DNA of 64,000 bases, from assembly GCA_035285865.1 (NCBI GenBank), contig JAYKHS010000004.1, positions 1 through 64,000 of the forward strand, given 5' to 3'. Both the position numbers and the translations under genes were made by a program. The stretch's first letter is position 1. Every line of letters begins with the position of its first letter. Source of the stretch: Candidatus Sericytochromatia bacterium (GTDB lineage: Bacteria > Cyanobacteriota > Sericytochromatia > S15B-MN24 > VGJW01). The notes under the pieces are model-generated. The model saw only the letters and a list, made by a program, of their open reading frames with translations. It made no database searches and was not told the origin of the DNA. Positions 40,946 to 49,889 of this stretch are shown here, one piece after another.

Positions 40946-41407
40946 ATGGGGCATCGTCGTCATATGGAGGCGGCGCTTGAGGAAGCGCGGCGGGCGCTCG
41001 GGGCCGGGGAAGTGCCGGTGGGCGCAGTCCTGGTGCGTGATGGCGAGATCTTGTGCCGATCGGGAAACACGCGCGAGCGGGACCGCAATCCGCTCGGTCA
41101 CGCCGAACTCGAGGTTCTGCGAGAGGGAGCGCGCATCCTGGAGCGCTGGCGGCTGGATGACTGCGTGCTCTACGTGACGCTGGAGCCCTGTGCCATGTGC
41201 GCCGCCGCCGCCATTCAGGCGCGGATTGCCACGGTAGTCTTCGGAGCCGAGGATCTGGAGCGTGGCGCTTGCGGCAGTGTCTGGAATTTGCCTGCGGCGC
41301 CCGAGATGGACCATCATCCCGCCGTGATCGGGGGGGTTGCCGACCAGCCGGCGCGCGCCTTGCTGCGGGAGTTCTTCACGGGCCTTCGCCATCGTCGCAA
41401 GGCCTGA
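40946..41407 (+). CDS. tadA: tRNA adenosine(34) deaminase
   Basis: EVPVGAV, HAE and YVTLEPCAMC motifs. Confidence 0.92.
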   Translation: MGHRRHMEAALEEARRALGAGEVPVGAVLVRDGEILCRSGNTRERDRNPLGHAELEVLREGARILERWRLDDCVLYVTLEPCAMCAAAAIQARIATVVFGAEDLERGACGSVWNLPAAPEMDHHPAVIGGVADQPARALLREFFTGLRHRRKA

Positions 41408-41438
41408 CGGGTGCTTGTGGTAGGATAGGGGCCCGCCC

Positions 41439-41523
41439 GGAGGGTAAGCGAACGGTGAGCGGGCCGCCTCGAAAGCGGTTGCCGGTGATGAGCCGGTTGC
41501 GGGTTCGAATCCCGTGCCCTCCG
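41439..41523 (+). tRNA. tRNA-Ser (CGA), atypical D-arm
   Basis: Acceptor GGAGGGT/GCCCTCC, anticodon loop CTCGAAA, long variable arm, GGTTCGAATCC, discriminator G. TGnTAGGAT promoter upstream. Confidence 0.88.
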
Positions 41524-41530
41524 CCTCGAT

Positions 41531-41562
41531 GCAACGGCCGCCCTGTCCCGGGCGGCCGTTGC
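41531..41562. terminator. Terminator hairpin after tRNA-Ser(CGA)
   Basis: Perfect stem GCAACGGCCGCCC / GGGCGGCCGTTGC. Confidence 0.75.
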
Positions 41563-41574
41563 CTTCAAGCCGGG

Positions 41575-42450
41575 TCAGGCTGCGTCGGAGCCGTGAACCT
41601 GGATCAGGCAGTCGAACTGATGATTGATCGAGATCAAGGTGGCGTGGATGATCTCGGCATCGCTGTCCGGCTTCAAGGAGTTGGCCGGCTGGATAACCGG
41701 TGGAAGCAGGCCGGCGTTGCGGTTGCGTACGCTCAGCTTGGCCGCGATATTGCCACAGATGATGTTGACGAACTCCTGCCCGGCGTCCTGGACCAATTCA
41801 TCCACGGCCTGCAGATCTTCCTCGAGCATCCTGCTTGCCATGTTGAGCAGCAGGCCTTGGGGCACGTTGAGGGTGAAGGTCGCCTCGAGGTCGCCGGTGA
41901 AGCGTTGGGATATGGTCCAGTCCCGGGCCATCCACGTGTCCATGCCTTCCCTGCAGTCCTCGATGAGGACGTTCTCATGCAGGACGCGTTTGAACATCTT
42001 GAGCACCGTGTCCAAGACGTCCGCCACCATCTCGGCGTCTTTCAGGCGGATCAGCGCCCCGCGGATCATCATCTGGCTGGCCTGCTGGTCTGCACGGAAC
42101 TGAGCCAGTTCCGACTCCACCTCGTCCCGGGTCATGAAGCCCTTCTCGATCAGGGCCTCGCCGAGGAATATCCGATGGGACTTCTGCAGCTCAATCAGCT
42201 CGAGGAGTTGTTCCTGCGTCAGCAGGCCGAGATCCACCGCAAGGTCCCCGAACAGTCGATCCGTGGTGCGCTGCGCAAGGTTGATGCGCTGGACCTGGGC
42301 ATCGGTGAGGTAGCCCTTGCCCAGTGCAAGTGTACCGAGGCGCGCGTTCGTGACGTTCTGGTATTCGACGGCAGCAAGCAGCTGCCGATGGTCGATGCGA
42401 CCTCTTTCGAGCAGGTACTGCCCGAAGAATCTTACGGTGGTGACAATCAT
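41575..42450 (-). CDS. CheX-domain protein with N-terminal MshEN-like repeats
   Basis: Four (F/L)G..L...G repeats, then a CheX-like domain (FTGD, DAGQEFVNIICGN). Confidence 0.8.
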   Translation of the reverse strand: MIVTTVRFFGQYLLERGRIDHRQLLAAVEYQNVTNARLGTLALGKGYLTDAQVQRINLAQRTTDRLFGDLAVDLGLLTQEQLLELIELQKSHRIFLGEALIEKGFMTRDEVESELAQFRADQQASQMMIRGALIRLKDAEMVADVLDTVLKMFKRVLHENVLIEDCREGMDTWMARDWTISQRFTGDLEATFTLNVPQGLLLNMASRMLEEDLQAVDELVQDAGQEFVNIICGNIAAKLSVRNRNAGLLPPVIQPANSLKPDSDAEIIHATLISINHQFDCLIQVHGSDAA

Positions 42451-42463
42451 GCCTGCACCGTGC

Positions 42464-42844
42464 CTAGCTATTACCCTCGTAGGCCTTCTGCAGGGCCTGG
42501 AGGAGGGTGTCACGCTCGAAGGGTTTCATCACGAAATTGCGGGCGCCCTTCTTGATGGACTCCAGCACCTTGTCCTTGCTGCCGAGCGACGAGACCATGA
42601 CGACGCGGGCCTCGGGATCGAACGTCAGGATGTTGGAGAGGGCGGTGACGCCGTCGACCTCGGGCATGACGATGTCCATCACCACGAGATCCGGCCGGAC
42701 TTCCTTGTAGCGTTCGAGGGCCTGCTCGCCGTTGGCGGCCTCTGCGACCGGTTCGAAGTTCGAATCCTGGATGGTTTTCTTGAACATCATCCGCAGTGTC
42801 ATCGAGTCATCCACGATGAGCACGCGAATCTTGGAACTGTCCAT
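42464..42844 (-). CDS. cheY: CheY-like response regulator
   Basis: IVDDS, EAANG, MDIVMP, MVSS and KPF motifs. Confidence 0.88.
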   Translation of the reverse strand: MDSSKIRVLIVDDSMTLRMMFKKTIQDSNFEPVAEAANGEQALERYKEVRPDLVVMDIVMPEVDGVTALSNILTFDPEARVVMVSSLGSKDKVLESIKKGARNFVMKPFERDTLLQALQKAYEGNS

Positions 42845-42943
42845 AAGGGCGGTGGGACTACCTGGGCTGCGTGGCCTGCGCGTGACGCGCGAGCCGGGGT
42901 TCGTCCCCAACATACCCACCCTGCCGACGTCGTGACAAGCAGG

Positions 42944-42979
42944 GCGGCCCGGCATCCAGACGGTCGAATGCCGGGCCGC
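42944..42979 (-). terminator. Hairpin directly after the small ORF 42986-43102
   Basis: 12-bp stem GCGGCCCGGCAT / ATGCCGGGCCGC. Confidence 0.6.
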
Positions 42980-42985
42980 TCCGGT

Positions 42986-43102
42986 TCAGGAGCGTCGCGT
43001 GACGAGGAAGATGCCCCATCTCGAGGGCGCGAAGAGGTAGCCGTTGCCCTTGGCATCGGTGATCGCCGGACGGACGGGCGGATGGACCGGATGCATCCAC
43101 AT
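42986..43102 (-). CDS. Small ORF (38 aa), unknown function
   Basis: Encodes MWMHPVHPPVRPAITDAKGNGYLFAPSRWGIFLVTRRS with strong GC3 bias, followed by a hairpin. The frame is open to TTG 43264. Confidence 0.5.
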   Translation of the reverse strand: MWMHPVHPPVRPAITDAKGNGYLFAPSRWGIFLVTRRS

Positions 43103-43261
43103 GATCGTGACCTGTTCTCCCCTGGATGGGGAAAGCGGCCGATGGCGCGGTGCTGTCAGCGATGGGACGAATGTCCTGGAGTGACGTTGGCCGGTGATGG
43201 TTCGCGGGGATGCGCCATTGCATCCGGGTCGACCACCGACCGGAGGATGCCATGTGTCTTT

Positions 43262-43315
43262 CAAATTATTGTTCGCCCGCCGTTGGCGAACATTTGCTCG
43301 ACGAACAAATATTTG
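43262..43315. promoter_or_regulatory. Three candidate LexA (GAAC-N4-GTTC type) boxes
   Basis: CAAATTATTGTTCG (43262-75), CGAACATTTGCTCG (43287-300) and CGAACAAATATTTG (43302-15). Confidence 0.6.
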
Positions 43316-43385
43316 CCAAATCCTGTGGACCCGTGGGCTGCAAACCCCGCCAGTGCTATGATGAAGTCATCAGGAGGATATTGTC

Positions 43386-43781
43386 ATGATCACTTTGCTT
43401 CCCGATGCGACCAAGAAGGTCCGCGAGTTTCTTGCGGCCCAGGACCGTGACGACCTTGCACTGCGCATCTTCGTCAAGCCGGGCGGATGCTCGGGTTTCA
43501 GCTACGGCATGGGTCTGGACGAGCCCAAGGCCGAGGATCACGTGACTGAGGTCGAGGGGATCCGCGTCGTTGTCGATCCCGGCAGCCTCAAGCTGGTTTC
43601 GGGTGCTGTCGTGGACTTCAAGAACTCCATGCTGGGCGGTGGCTTTGCCATCACGAATCCCAATGCCGCTTCCTCGTGTGGTTGCGGGTCTTCCTTCCGT
43701 CCCAAGGACGAGGACGAGTCGGCCGAGGACGATGCCGTTCCTGCTGGCGCCGCTTGCGGGTCCGGCGGCGGTTGCTGCTGA
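43386..43781 (+). CDS. iscA: Fe-S cluster assembly accessory protein IscA/HesB
   Basis: GGCSGFSY, NPNA and CGCGSSF motifs. SD AGGAGG. Confidence 0.92.
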   Translation: MITLLPDATKKVREFLAAQDRDDLALRIFVKPGGCSGFSYGMGLDEPKAEDHVTEVEGIRVVVDPGSLKLVSGAVVDFKNSMLGGGFAITNPNAASSCGCGSSFRPKDEDESAEDDAVPAGAACGSGGGCC

Positions 43782-43922
43782 TCCAGGTCGTTTCCCGGGC
43801 TCGGACCAACTGGTCCGGGCCCGATGCCTTTGGGCAGGCTTAAAGGGAATGCGCCCCCGGGGCAAGGTACTTGCAAGGTAACACCGGCAAGTTGGGAGCG
43901 TACTGCACACGCGGAGGTTTTC

Positions 43923-45485
43923 GTGCCTGTTCGTTCCCTTGTTCGTGGCCTGTTGCCCCCCGGTCTCGCGCTCATTGCCGGAGGATGCGTCAGGGGCCCC
44001 GATGCCCCGCCGATGCCGGCCCTGGGCGAAGGACCGCGTCCCGAGGCCCTGCTGGTCCAGATGAGCGGCAACGTGCCGCTGCCTGGCGGAGAGCCTGTGG
44101 CCCCGGGCTGGCAGCGCGTCGTACCGGCACCGGGTGTCACGGCCGAGGATGCGCTGCGGAGGCTGTCCGCGCGTCCGGGTGTCCTCTGGGCCGAGCGTTC
44201 TGCGCGCTACCGCGTCCAGGGCTTTCCTGCGCCGCAGGTTCCCGCCCCGGTTCGCATCCTGATGGCGCTTGGTGATCCGGATGACCCCCGCCTCGGTGAG
44301 TGCTGGGGTCATGCGCGGGTCGGAGCCCAGTCTGCCTGGGGCAAGACCCGAGGTGCGTCGGAGATGTTGGTTGGTGTTGTCGATACAGGCCTCGAGACCC
44401 GGCACGAGGACATGCTTGGCGGCCGCGTCCAGGCCGGTCCCAATCTGGTGCAGCCTGGCCGTTCCCCCGAGGATGAGGTCGGTCACGGTACCCACGTTGC
44501 GGGCACCATCGGCGCCACGGGCAACAACGGCATCGGCCTAGCCGGCATCTCCCACGGTGCGCGCGTCGTCAGCATCAAGGTGCTGGGTGGTGATGGCTCG
44601 GGTAGCGTCGAGGACATCGCCGCCGGCATTCGGGCCGCCACGGCGGCCGGGGTCCGAGTCTTGAATCTTTCGCTCGGCGGCAACCAACCTTCGCGCCTGC
44701 TTGCCGAGGCCGTGGCCGACGCCGTGCGCCATGACATCGTCGTGGTCGCCGCCGCAGGCAACGATGGGGACACGCGTCCCACCTATCCCGCATCCCTGCC
44801 GGGCGTGCTTGCCGTCGGGGCGACGGACCGTCAGGACCATAAGGCCACGTTCTCGAATCACGGGACCTACGTGGGGATCGCAGGTCCCGGGACCGACATC
44901 CTCTCCACCACGGGCGGGGCCTACAGGACCTATTCCGGCACGAGCATGGCCTCCCCGCACGTGGCTGCGGCCGCTGCGTTGTTGCGCAGCGTACGACCGG
45001 ACCTGCCGGCGTCGCGCATCGTGGCCCTGCTCAAGTCCTCGACCGTTCCCGCATCGGGCTTCGGCTTCGCCGTACCACGTCTCGACGTGGCTCAGGCGCT
45101 GACCCTCGCCGAGGCCGAAGCGACGGGCAGTCTGCCCCTGCCTCCACCCGCGGGCGGGGAACCCCTGCCATCGCCAGCCCCGTCTCCGGCAGATCCGTCC
45201 GGGATGATTTCGGCCATCGAGGTTCGCCAGCCGTCGCGGGGCATCCTCCACCTGGCCTGGAGCACCCGTGAACCGGCCCGCTGCGCGCTTGGCATGCGTA
45301 CGGGGGAGGGGACCGCCTGGAGGCTCCAGGCGCATTCCCGGGATGGTCTTCGCCATGAGGTCCTGGTGCCTGAAGTAGGCGAGGCTGGCAGCTTGCAAGC
45401 GCGCGTCACGGCGCGCCTCGGCGATGGCAAGCGGCTCGCGGGGCCTTGGACGCCGCTGGCGGACGGACGCGCGAGCGGGGTCTAG
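43923..45485 (+). CDS. S8 subtilisin-like serine protease, lipoprotein
   Basis: Lipobox-like IAGGC, VVDTG, HGTHVAG, AAGN and SGTSMASPHV motifs. Confidence 0.93.
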   Translation: MPVRSLVRGLLPPGLALIAGGCVRGPDAPPMPALGEGPRPEALLVQMSGNVPLPGGEPVAPGWQRVVPAPGVTAEDALRRLSARPGVLWAERSARYRVQGFPAPQVPAPVRILMALGDPDDPRLGECWGHARVGAQSAWGKTRGASEMLVGVVDTGLETRHEDMLGGRVQAGPNLVQPGRSPEDEVGHGTHVAGTIGATGNNGIGLAGISHGARVVSIKVLGGDGSGSVEDIAAGIRAATAAGVRVLNLSLGGNQPSRLLAEAVADAVRHDIVVVAAAGNDGDTRPTYPASLPGVLAVGATDRQDHKATFSNHGTYVGIAGPGTDILSTTGGAYRTYSGTSMASPHVAAAAALLRSVRPDLPASRIVALLKSSTVPASGFGFAVPRLDVAQALTLAEAEATGSLPLPPPAGGEPLPSPAPSPADPSGMISAIEVRQPSRGILHLAWSTREPARCALGMRTGEGTAWRLQAHSRDGLRHEVLVPEVGEAGSLQARVTARLGDGKRLAGPWTPLADGRASGV

Positions 45486-45964
45486 TCCTCGCCCCTCGGT
45501 CGCACGCGGCGCGGTTTGCGCGGAGGCGTGGTCTCGACGGGGCGTTGGGTTCCCGGAGCAGGGGCGGTCGAAGCAGCAGGGGCCGGAGTCGGCGGTGCGG
45601 TCCGCGGGGTGCGCGCCGCCGCCCGCGCCAGCCCGAAGGCGGTGGCGGCGGCACCGACGCCAAGCCAGGCGGCATAGGCCAGCAGTCCGAGAAAGTAGAA
45701 CTGAGGCGTATCCGGCGTGACCAGAGCATCGGCCGGCATCTGACCTCTCAGGAAGGCATAGGTGCCGGCCCCTGCGGCGAGGCCGCCGCCCAGCCACAAC
45801 AGGCCTTCCGTCGTGTCGCCCGCGAGCATCTGTCCGGCTCCTGGAACGATCAGCGAGGCCCATGGCGCCGCCGGGTGCACCGCTGCCACATCCGGGGAGG
45901 CTGTCGGCATCGTGGGGTTGGCCAAGGCCGTACTCAGTGCCAGGGTCAGGATCGTGCTCTTCAC
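45482..45964 (-). CDS. Hypothetical membrane protein
   Basis: Signal peptide, SLIVPGAGQ motif and two hydrophobic segments. Confidence 0.7.
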   Translation of the reverse strand: MKSTILTLALSTALANPTMPTASPDVAAVHPAAPWASLIVPGAGQMLAGDTTEGLLWLGGGLAAGAGTYAFLRGQMPADALVTPDTPQFYFLGLLAYAAWLGVGAAATAFGLARAAARTPRTAPPTPAPAASTAPAPGTQRPVETTPPRKPRRVRPRGED

Positions 45965-46031
45965 GTCCGGAAGCATAGCGCAAGCGGGCTCGGGGGTGGC
46001 ATCATGGAGTGTTTCCGAGGGAGGAAATGCG

Positions 46032-46940
46032 ATGGGAGCCACGACCGGTTATCGCACGCCCGTGCTCAATTTCGGCAACCTGCCTGCGGAGATGGCGGAT
46101 CTCGCCACGGCCAAGGTCAACATCCTGCCCATGCCGTACGAGGGGACGACGTCCTACCGTGGCGGCACCAAGGACGGTCCGACGGCCATCCTGATGGCGT
46201 CGCGCCAGGTCGAGCTGTATGACGACGAGCTGGATGCCGAGCCATGTGAGGTGGGCATCGCGACTTTGCCCGAGATCGAGCCCTCCCGTCGGGATTACAT
46301 GGCCCCCATCGAGCAGACCTGCACGGGTGTGCGTGAAATTCTGGACCGTGGCCGGTTTCCGATCGTGCTAGGAGGCGAGCACAGCATCAGCGCCGGCACG
46401 ATTCAGGCCATGCTCGAGCGCTATCCGGATCTGTCCATCCTTCAGATCGATGCCCACGCCGATCTGCGGGATGCCTACGAGGACACGCCCCAGAGCCATG
46501 CCAGCGTGATGCGTCGCATCGTCGAGATGAAGGTGCCCCTCACGCAGGTCGGCATTCGCAACATCTCGGCCGAGGAGATGGCCTTCTGGAAGAAGCATCG
46601 GCCCTCGACCATCTTCTGGGGTCGGGACTGTCGCCCGGGGCGATTCAACCCGGCCGAGATCGTCGCCACGCTGGGTCCCAGGGTTTTCCTGACCATCGAT
46701 ATCGACGGGCTCGATCCCACGCTCGTCCCGGCGACGGGGACGCCGGAACCGGGTGGATTGGGCTGGTACGAGGTGCTGGATCTGCTGCGCGAGTTGTTCC
46801 GCACGCGCGAGGTGGTCGGTGCCGACCTGCTCGAGCTGGCGCCCATTCCCGGATTCGTCGCGCCGGACTTTCTGTGTGCCCGCCTGATCTACAAGATCAT
46901 CGGCTACAAATACTTCCTGAGCGATTCGGCTCAGGATTGA
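46032..46940 (+). CDS. speB: Agmatinase
   Basis: GGEHSIS, DAHADLR, SHAS, GIR, DIDGLDP and TGTPEPGG motifs. SD GGAGG. Confidence 0.92.
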   Translation: MGATTGYRTPVLNFGNLPAEMADLATAKVNILPMPYEGTTSYRGGTKDGPTAILMASRQVELYDDELDAEPCEVGIATLPEIEPSRRDYMAPIEQTCTGVREILDRGRFPIVLGGEHSISAGTIQAMLERYPDLSILQIDAHADLRDAYEDTPQSHASVMRRIVEMKVPLTQVGIRNISAEEMAFWKKHRPSTIFWGRDCRPGRFNPAEIVATLGPRVFLTIDIDGLDPTLVPATGTPEPGGLGWYEVLDLLRELFRTREVVGADLLELAPIPGFVAPDFLCARLIYKIIGYKYFLSDSAQD

Positions 46941-47008
46941 CCGCCGACGGCCCCGTGCCGTGGGGTCAAGTGCCCCCCGTTGCGTGCGGCGGGCCATCGA
47001 CTTCGTCG

Positions 47009-49108
47009 TCAACCGCGAAGGATGCGGAAGACGTGTACCACGCACATCTGACTCTCCACGACAATCAGGTGATCGCCCTCGTCGAGGGCCAAGGCTTCCG
47101 GAGTCGACTGGAAGGGCCCGGCACCCATGCCGCCCATGTCCAGCACCGGCGTACCGTCTCCATCGAGCACCTGGATCCGCCGATTGCGGGAGTCGGCGAC
47201 GAACAAGTGCCCGGACGCGTCCACCGCGATGTCGCGTGGGGTCTGGAACTGTCCGGGGTTGCTGCCGGGACCGCCGAACGTGGCCATCAGGCGGTTGCCG
47301 TGATACCGCAGGATTCGGTTCGACTTCGTGTCCGTGACGAACAGATCGCCCGACGCGGCCAGTGCGACGCCCCACGGGGCTTGCAGGTCTTCGGTCAGGA
47401 CCGAGGCGATCCGGTCTCGGGTGTCGATGATGACGACCCGACCCTGGGCGTTATCGGTAAGGATGAGCTCGCCGTTTGGCGTGGCCTGGATGCGGGTGGC
47501 CGGAGGGACGGGTTCCTGGTTGACCGAGATCCGCTGCGTGATGCCGACGGAGACGCCATTGGCATCTACCTTGAAGAGGCGCGTATCCTCGGCGTCGCCG
47601 ATGACCATGACGCCTCGAGGCATCAGAGCCATGGAACGGGGGGCGGTTGGGACGCTGGCCCCCAGTGGTCGGACGAAGCCCTTGAAACGACCGTTCAGTT
47701 CGAAGCTCTGGATGCGCCCGTTGCCGGTATCCGCCACGTGGATCCGCTTGCTCCGATCGACGATGACACCGCGCGGGCTGTTGAACTCACCGGCTTCCTT
47801 GCCACGCTTGCCAAAGCTGCAGATCAGCTCCAGGCCCCGGACCGGCCCGAGGACGGCTTCCGAGGACGAACGTGTCTGCCGGAATCCGACCTCACCCGCC
47901 ATCGCCGCGTTCAGCGCAAGCGCTCCGGAACCGACGCGCTCGGGCGGCAGCGGTGAAGCTGGGGGGGCGGGGACAGGCGGAAGCTGACCCGAGCGGGAGG
48001 GCACCGACAATTGCGGCTTGCTCGGCATCTGCAACTGCGGGCCGGCTGCGCCGGGCATCGGTGCCTGGGATTGCGGGGGCGCCGGGGCCATGGGCTGAAG
48101 CGGGTCTACCCGTCGCGCCACGGGGGGCTGGGGCAATGGAGGCAGGGGACCCAGTGCGCCCGTGCCACCGAAGTTCGACTTGCCGCAAGAGGGACAGACA
48201 CGCGTGCCCTGGGGCAAGGGGGCCTGGCAGTGACGACATGGAGCGAGCTTGGGACGAGCCTGCTGGTCGAGAGGAGGCAGGCTCTTGAGCGATTCCTGCA
48301 AGGCGTATTCCATCTCGGCCGCCCGGCGGTAACGATTTTCCGGCTCTTTCTGCAGCGCCTTCATGATGACGCTCTCGAGGCGGTCCGGGATGGCCGGGTT
48401 GAGGTCCCGAAGCGGTTGGGGCGCCTCGTTCATGATCTTGAGGATGGTGCCACCCAGGTTGCCTGCATCGAAGGGCGTCTTGTAGGCCAGCATCTCGTAG
48501 AGCAGGGCGCCTAACGAGAAGAGGTCAGCCCTTCCATCGACGCTTCGCGAGTCCGTCAACTGCTCCGGCGAGATGTAGGCGATGGTGCCCAGGGTCGTGC
48601 CCGTCTGCGTCAGGCTGGGTAGGTCCGACTTCACCCGCGCCACGCCGAAGTCCATCAGCTTCACCGAGCCATCGCCTCGGACCTGGATGTTATCCGGCTT
48701 GATGTCCCGATGGACGATGCCGGCCTGATGCGCGTAGTCCAAGGCCCTGCAGATCTGGCTGCCGATGTCGATGACCTGCTGGAAGCTGAGCGGCACGCGC
48801 TGTTCGAGAAGGCTGCCCAGTGAGCGGCCCTCGACCAGTTCCATCGCCATGTAATAGCGGTCGCCGTCGTGGCCCATGTCGTAGACCGCCACGATGTTGG
48901 GGTGGCGCAAGCTCGAAGCTGCCGAGCCTTCGCGTTTGAAGCGCTCGATGGTTTCTTGCTTCTCGGACTCGGGCAGGGCGGCTGCCATCACCAGTTCCTT
49001 GAGGGCGACCGGTTCGGTCCGGCTGTCGGACTGGGCCACGTAGACTACGCCCATGCCACCGCGACCCAGCTCGCGGAGGATTTGGTAGGGGCCCAGGCGG
49101 TCCGTCAT
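47009..49108 (-). CDS. Hanks-type Ser/Thr kinase with Zn-ribbon, Pro-rich linker and NHL repeats
   Basis: GRGGMG, HRDIKPDN, DFG and YISPEQ kinase motifs. CRHC...CPSC. NHL repeats GEFNSPRG, VADTGNGRIQ and ADSRNRRIQV. Confidence 0.93.
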   Translation of the reverse strand: MTDRLGPYQILRELGRGGMGVVYVAQSDSRTEPVALKELVMAAALPESEKQETIERFKREGSAASSLRHPNIVAVYDMGHDGDRYYMAMELVEGRSLGSLLEQRVPLSFQQVIDIGSQICRALDYAHQAGIVHRDIKPDNIQVRGDGSVKLMDFGVARVKSDLPSLTQTGTTLGTIAYISPEQLTDSRSVDGRADLFSLGALLYEMLAYKTPFDAGNLGGTILKIMNEAPQPLRDLNPAIPDRLESVIMKALQKEPENRYRRAAEMEYALQESLKSLPPLDQQARPKLAPCRHCQAPLPQGTRVCPSCGKSNFGGTGALGPLPPLPQPPVARRVDPLQPMAPAPPQSQAPMPGAAGPQLQMPSKPQLSVPSRSGQLPPVPAPPASPLPPERVGSGALALNAAMAGEVGFRQTRSSSEAVLGPVRGLELICSFGKRGKEAGEFNSPRGVIVDRSKRIHVADTGNGRIQSFELNGRFKGFVRPLGASVPTAPRSMALMPRGVMVIGDAEDTRLFKVDANGVSVGITQRISVNQEPVPPATRIQATPNGELILTDNAQGRVVIIDTRDRIASVLTEDLQAPWGVALAASGDLFVTDTKSNRILRYHGNRLMATFGGPGSNPGQFQTPRDIAVDASGHLFVADSRNRRIQVLDGDGTPVLDMGGMGAGPFQSTPEALALDEGDHLIVVESQMCVVHVFRILRG

Positions 49109-49133
49109 GGCCTTGAAAAGAGCGATCCGGCGG

Positions 49134-49889
49134 TCAGGCAGGAAGTTGGACGAGGACGATGGTGATGTTGTCGTATCCGCCACGATCGATCGCGAGGTCC
49201 ATCAGGCGCTGGCAGGCGTCCTGCGGGTCGGCTTCCTCGAGGGCGATGTCGCGCATCTCGTCGTCGTTCACGAGGCCCGACAGGCCGTCCGTGCAGAGGA
49301 GGAGGCGATCGCCGGGCTGCCACGGGAACTGATGGGTATCCGGCTCGAGATCCATCTGCATGCCGAGGCAGCGGGTGATGACGTTGCGATAGGGGTGGTG
49401 AAGCGCTTCGAGTGGGGTGATGGCCCCTGCCTTTAGCAATTGGGCCACGACCGAGTGGTCCTCGGTGACCTGTTCGATCTCGCCTCCGCGGATAAGGTAG
49501 GCGCGCGAGTCCCCAACGTGGCCGATGATGACCTGGTCACCCACCAGCATCGCCATCGTGGCCGTCGTGCCCATGCCCCGCATGGTCGCATCCGACAAGG
49601 ACGCCTGCACGATCTGGCGGTTGGCTTCGAGGAAGGCCCGGACAAGAGTCGGTGCGTCAGCCGTGCCCGCGGCAGCATGGTCGACCATCGTGCTGGCCAG
49701 CACCTCGACCGCTGTCTGGGCCGCCTTCTCGCCTGCGAGGTGACCGCCCATGCCATCCGCCACGAGATATAGTCCGTCTTCCGGACTGCATGCGAAGCAA
49801 TCCTGGTTGATTTCCCGGACCTTGCCCACGTCCGTGAGGCAGCCCAGCAGGATGGTCAGGTCGTCGCTCTGCGTTGTCACGTCGTTCAC
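49134..49889 (-). CDS. PP2C-family Ser/Thr phosphatase
   Basis: REINQD, ADGMGGH, HVGDSR, CTDGL and GGYDNIT motifs. GTGA overlap with the upstream small gene. Confidence 0.95.
   Translation of the reverse strand: MNDVTTQSDDLTILLGCLTDVGKVREINQDCFACSPEDGLYLVADGMGGHLAGEKAAQTAVEVLASTMVDHAAAGTADAPTLVRAFLEANRQIVQASLSDATMRGMGTTATMAMLVGDQVIIGHVGDSRAYLIRGGEIEQVTEDHSVVAQLLKAGAITPLEALHHPYRNVITRCLGMQMDLEPDTHQFPWQPGDRLLLCTDGLSGLVNDDEMRDIALEEADPQDACQRLMDLAIDRGGYDNITIVLVQLPA

Noticed and set aside
41439..41523. tRNA-Sec or allo-tRNA
   Set aside because: The anticodon is CGA, not TCA, and the acceptor/T stems are 7/5.
41524..41575. SRP RNA after tadA-tRNA-Ser, as in Firmicutes
   Set aside because: Only a terminator hairpin is present. 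The SRP core CAGG...GGAAGCAG is absent.
42858..43253. 131-aa ORF as the gene in the cheY-iscA gap
   Set aside because: Poor codon bias, and it runs through the hairpin. The 42986-43102 frame fits better.
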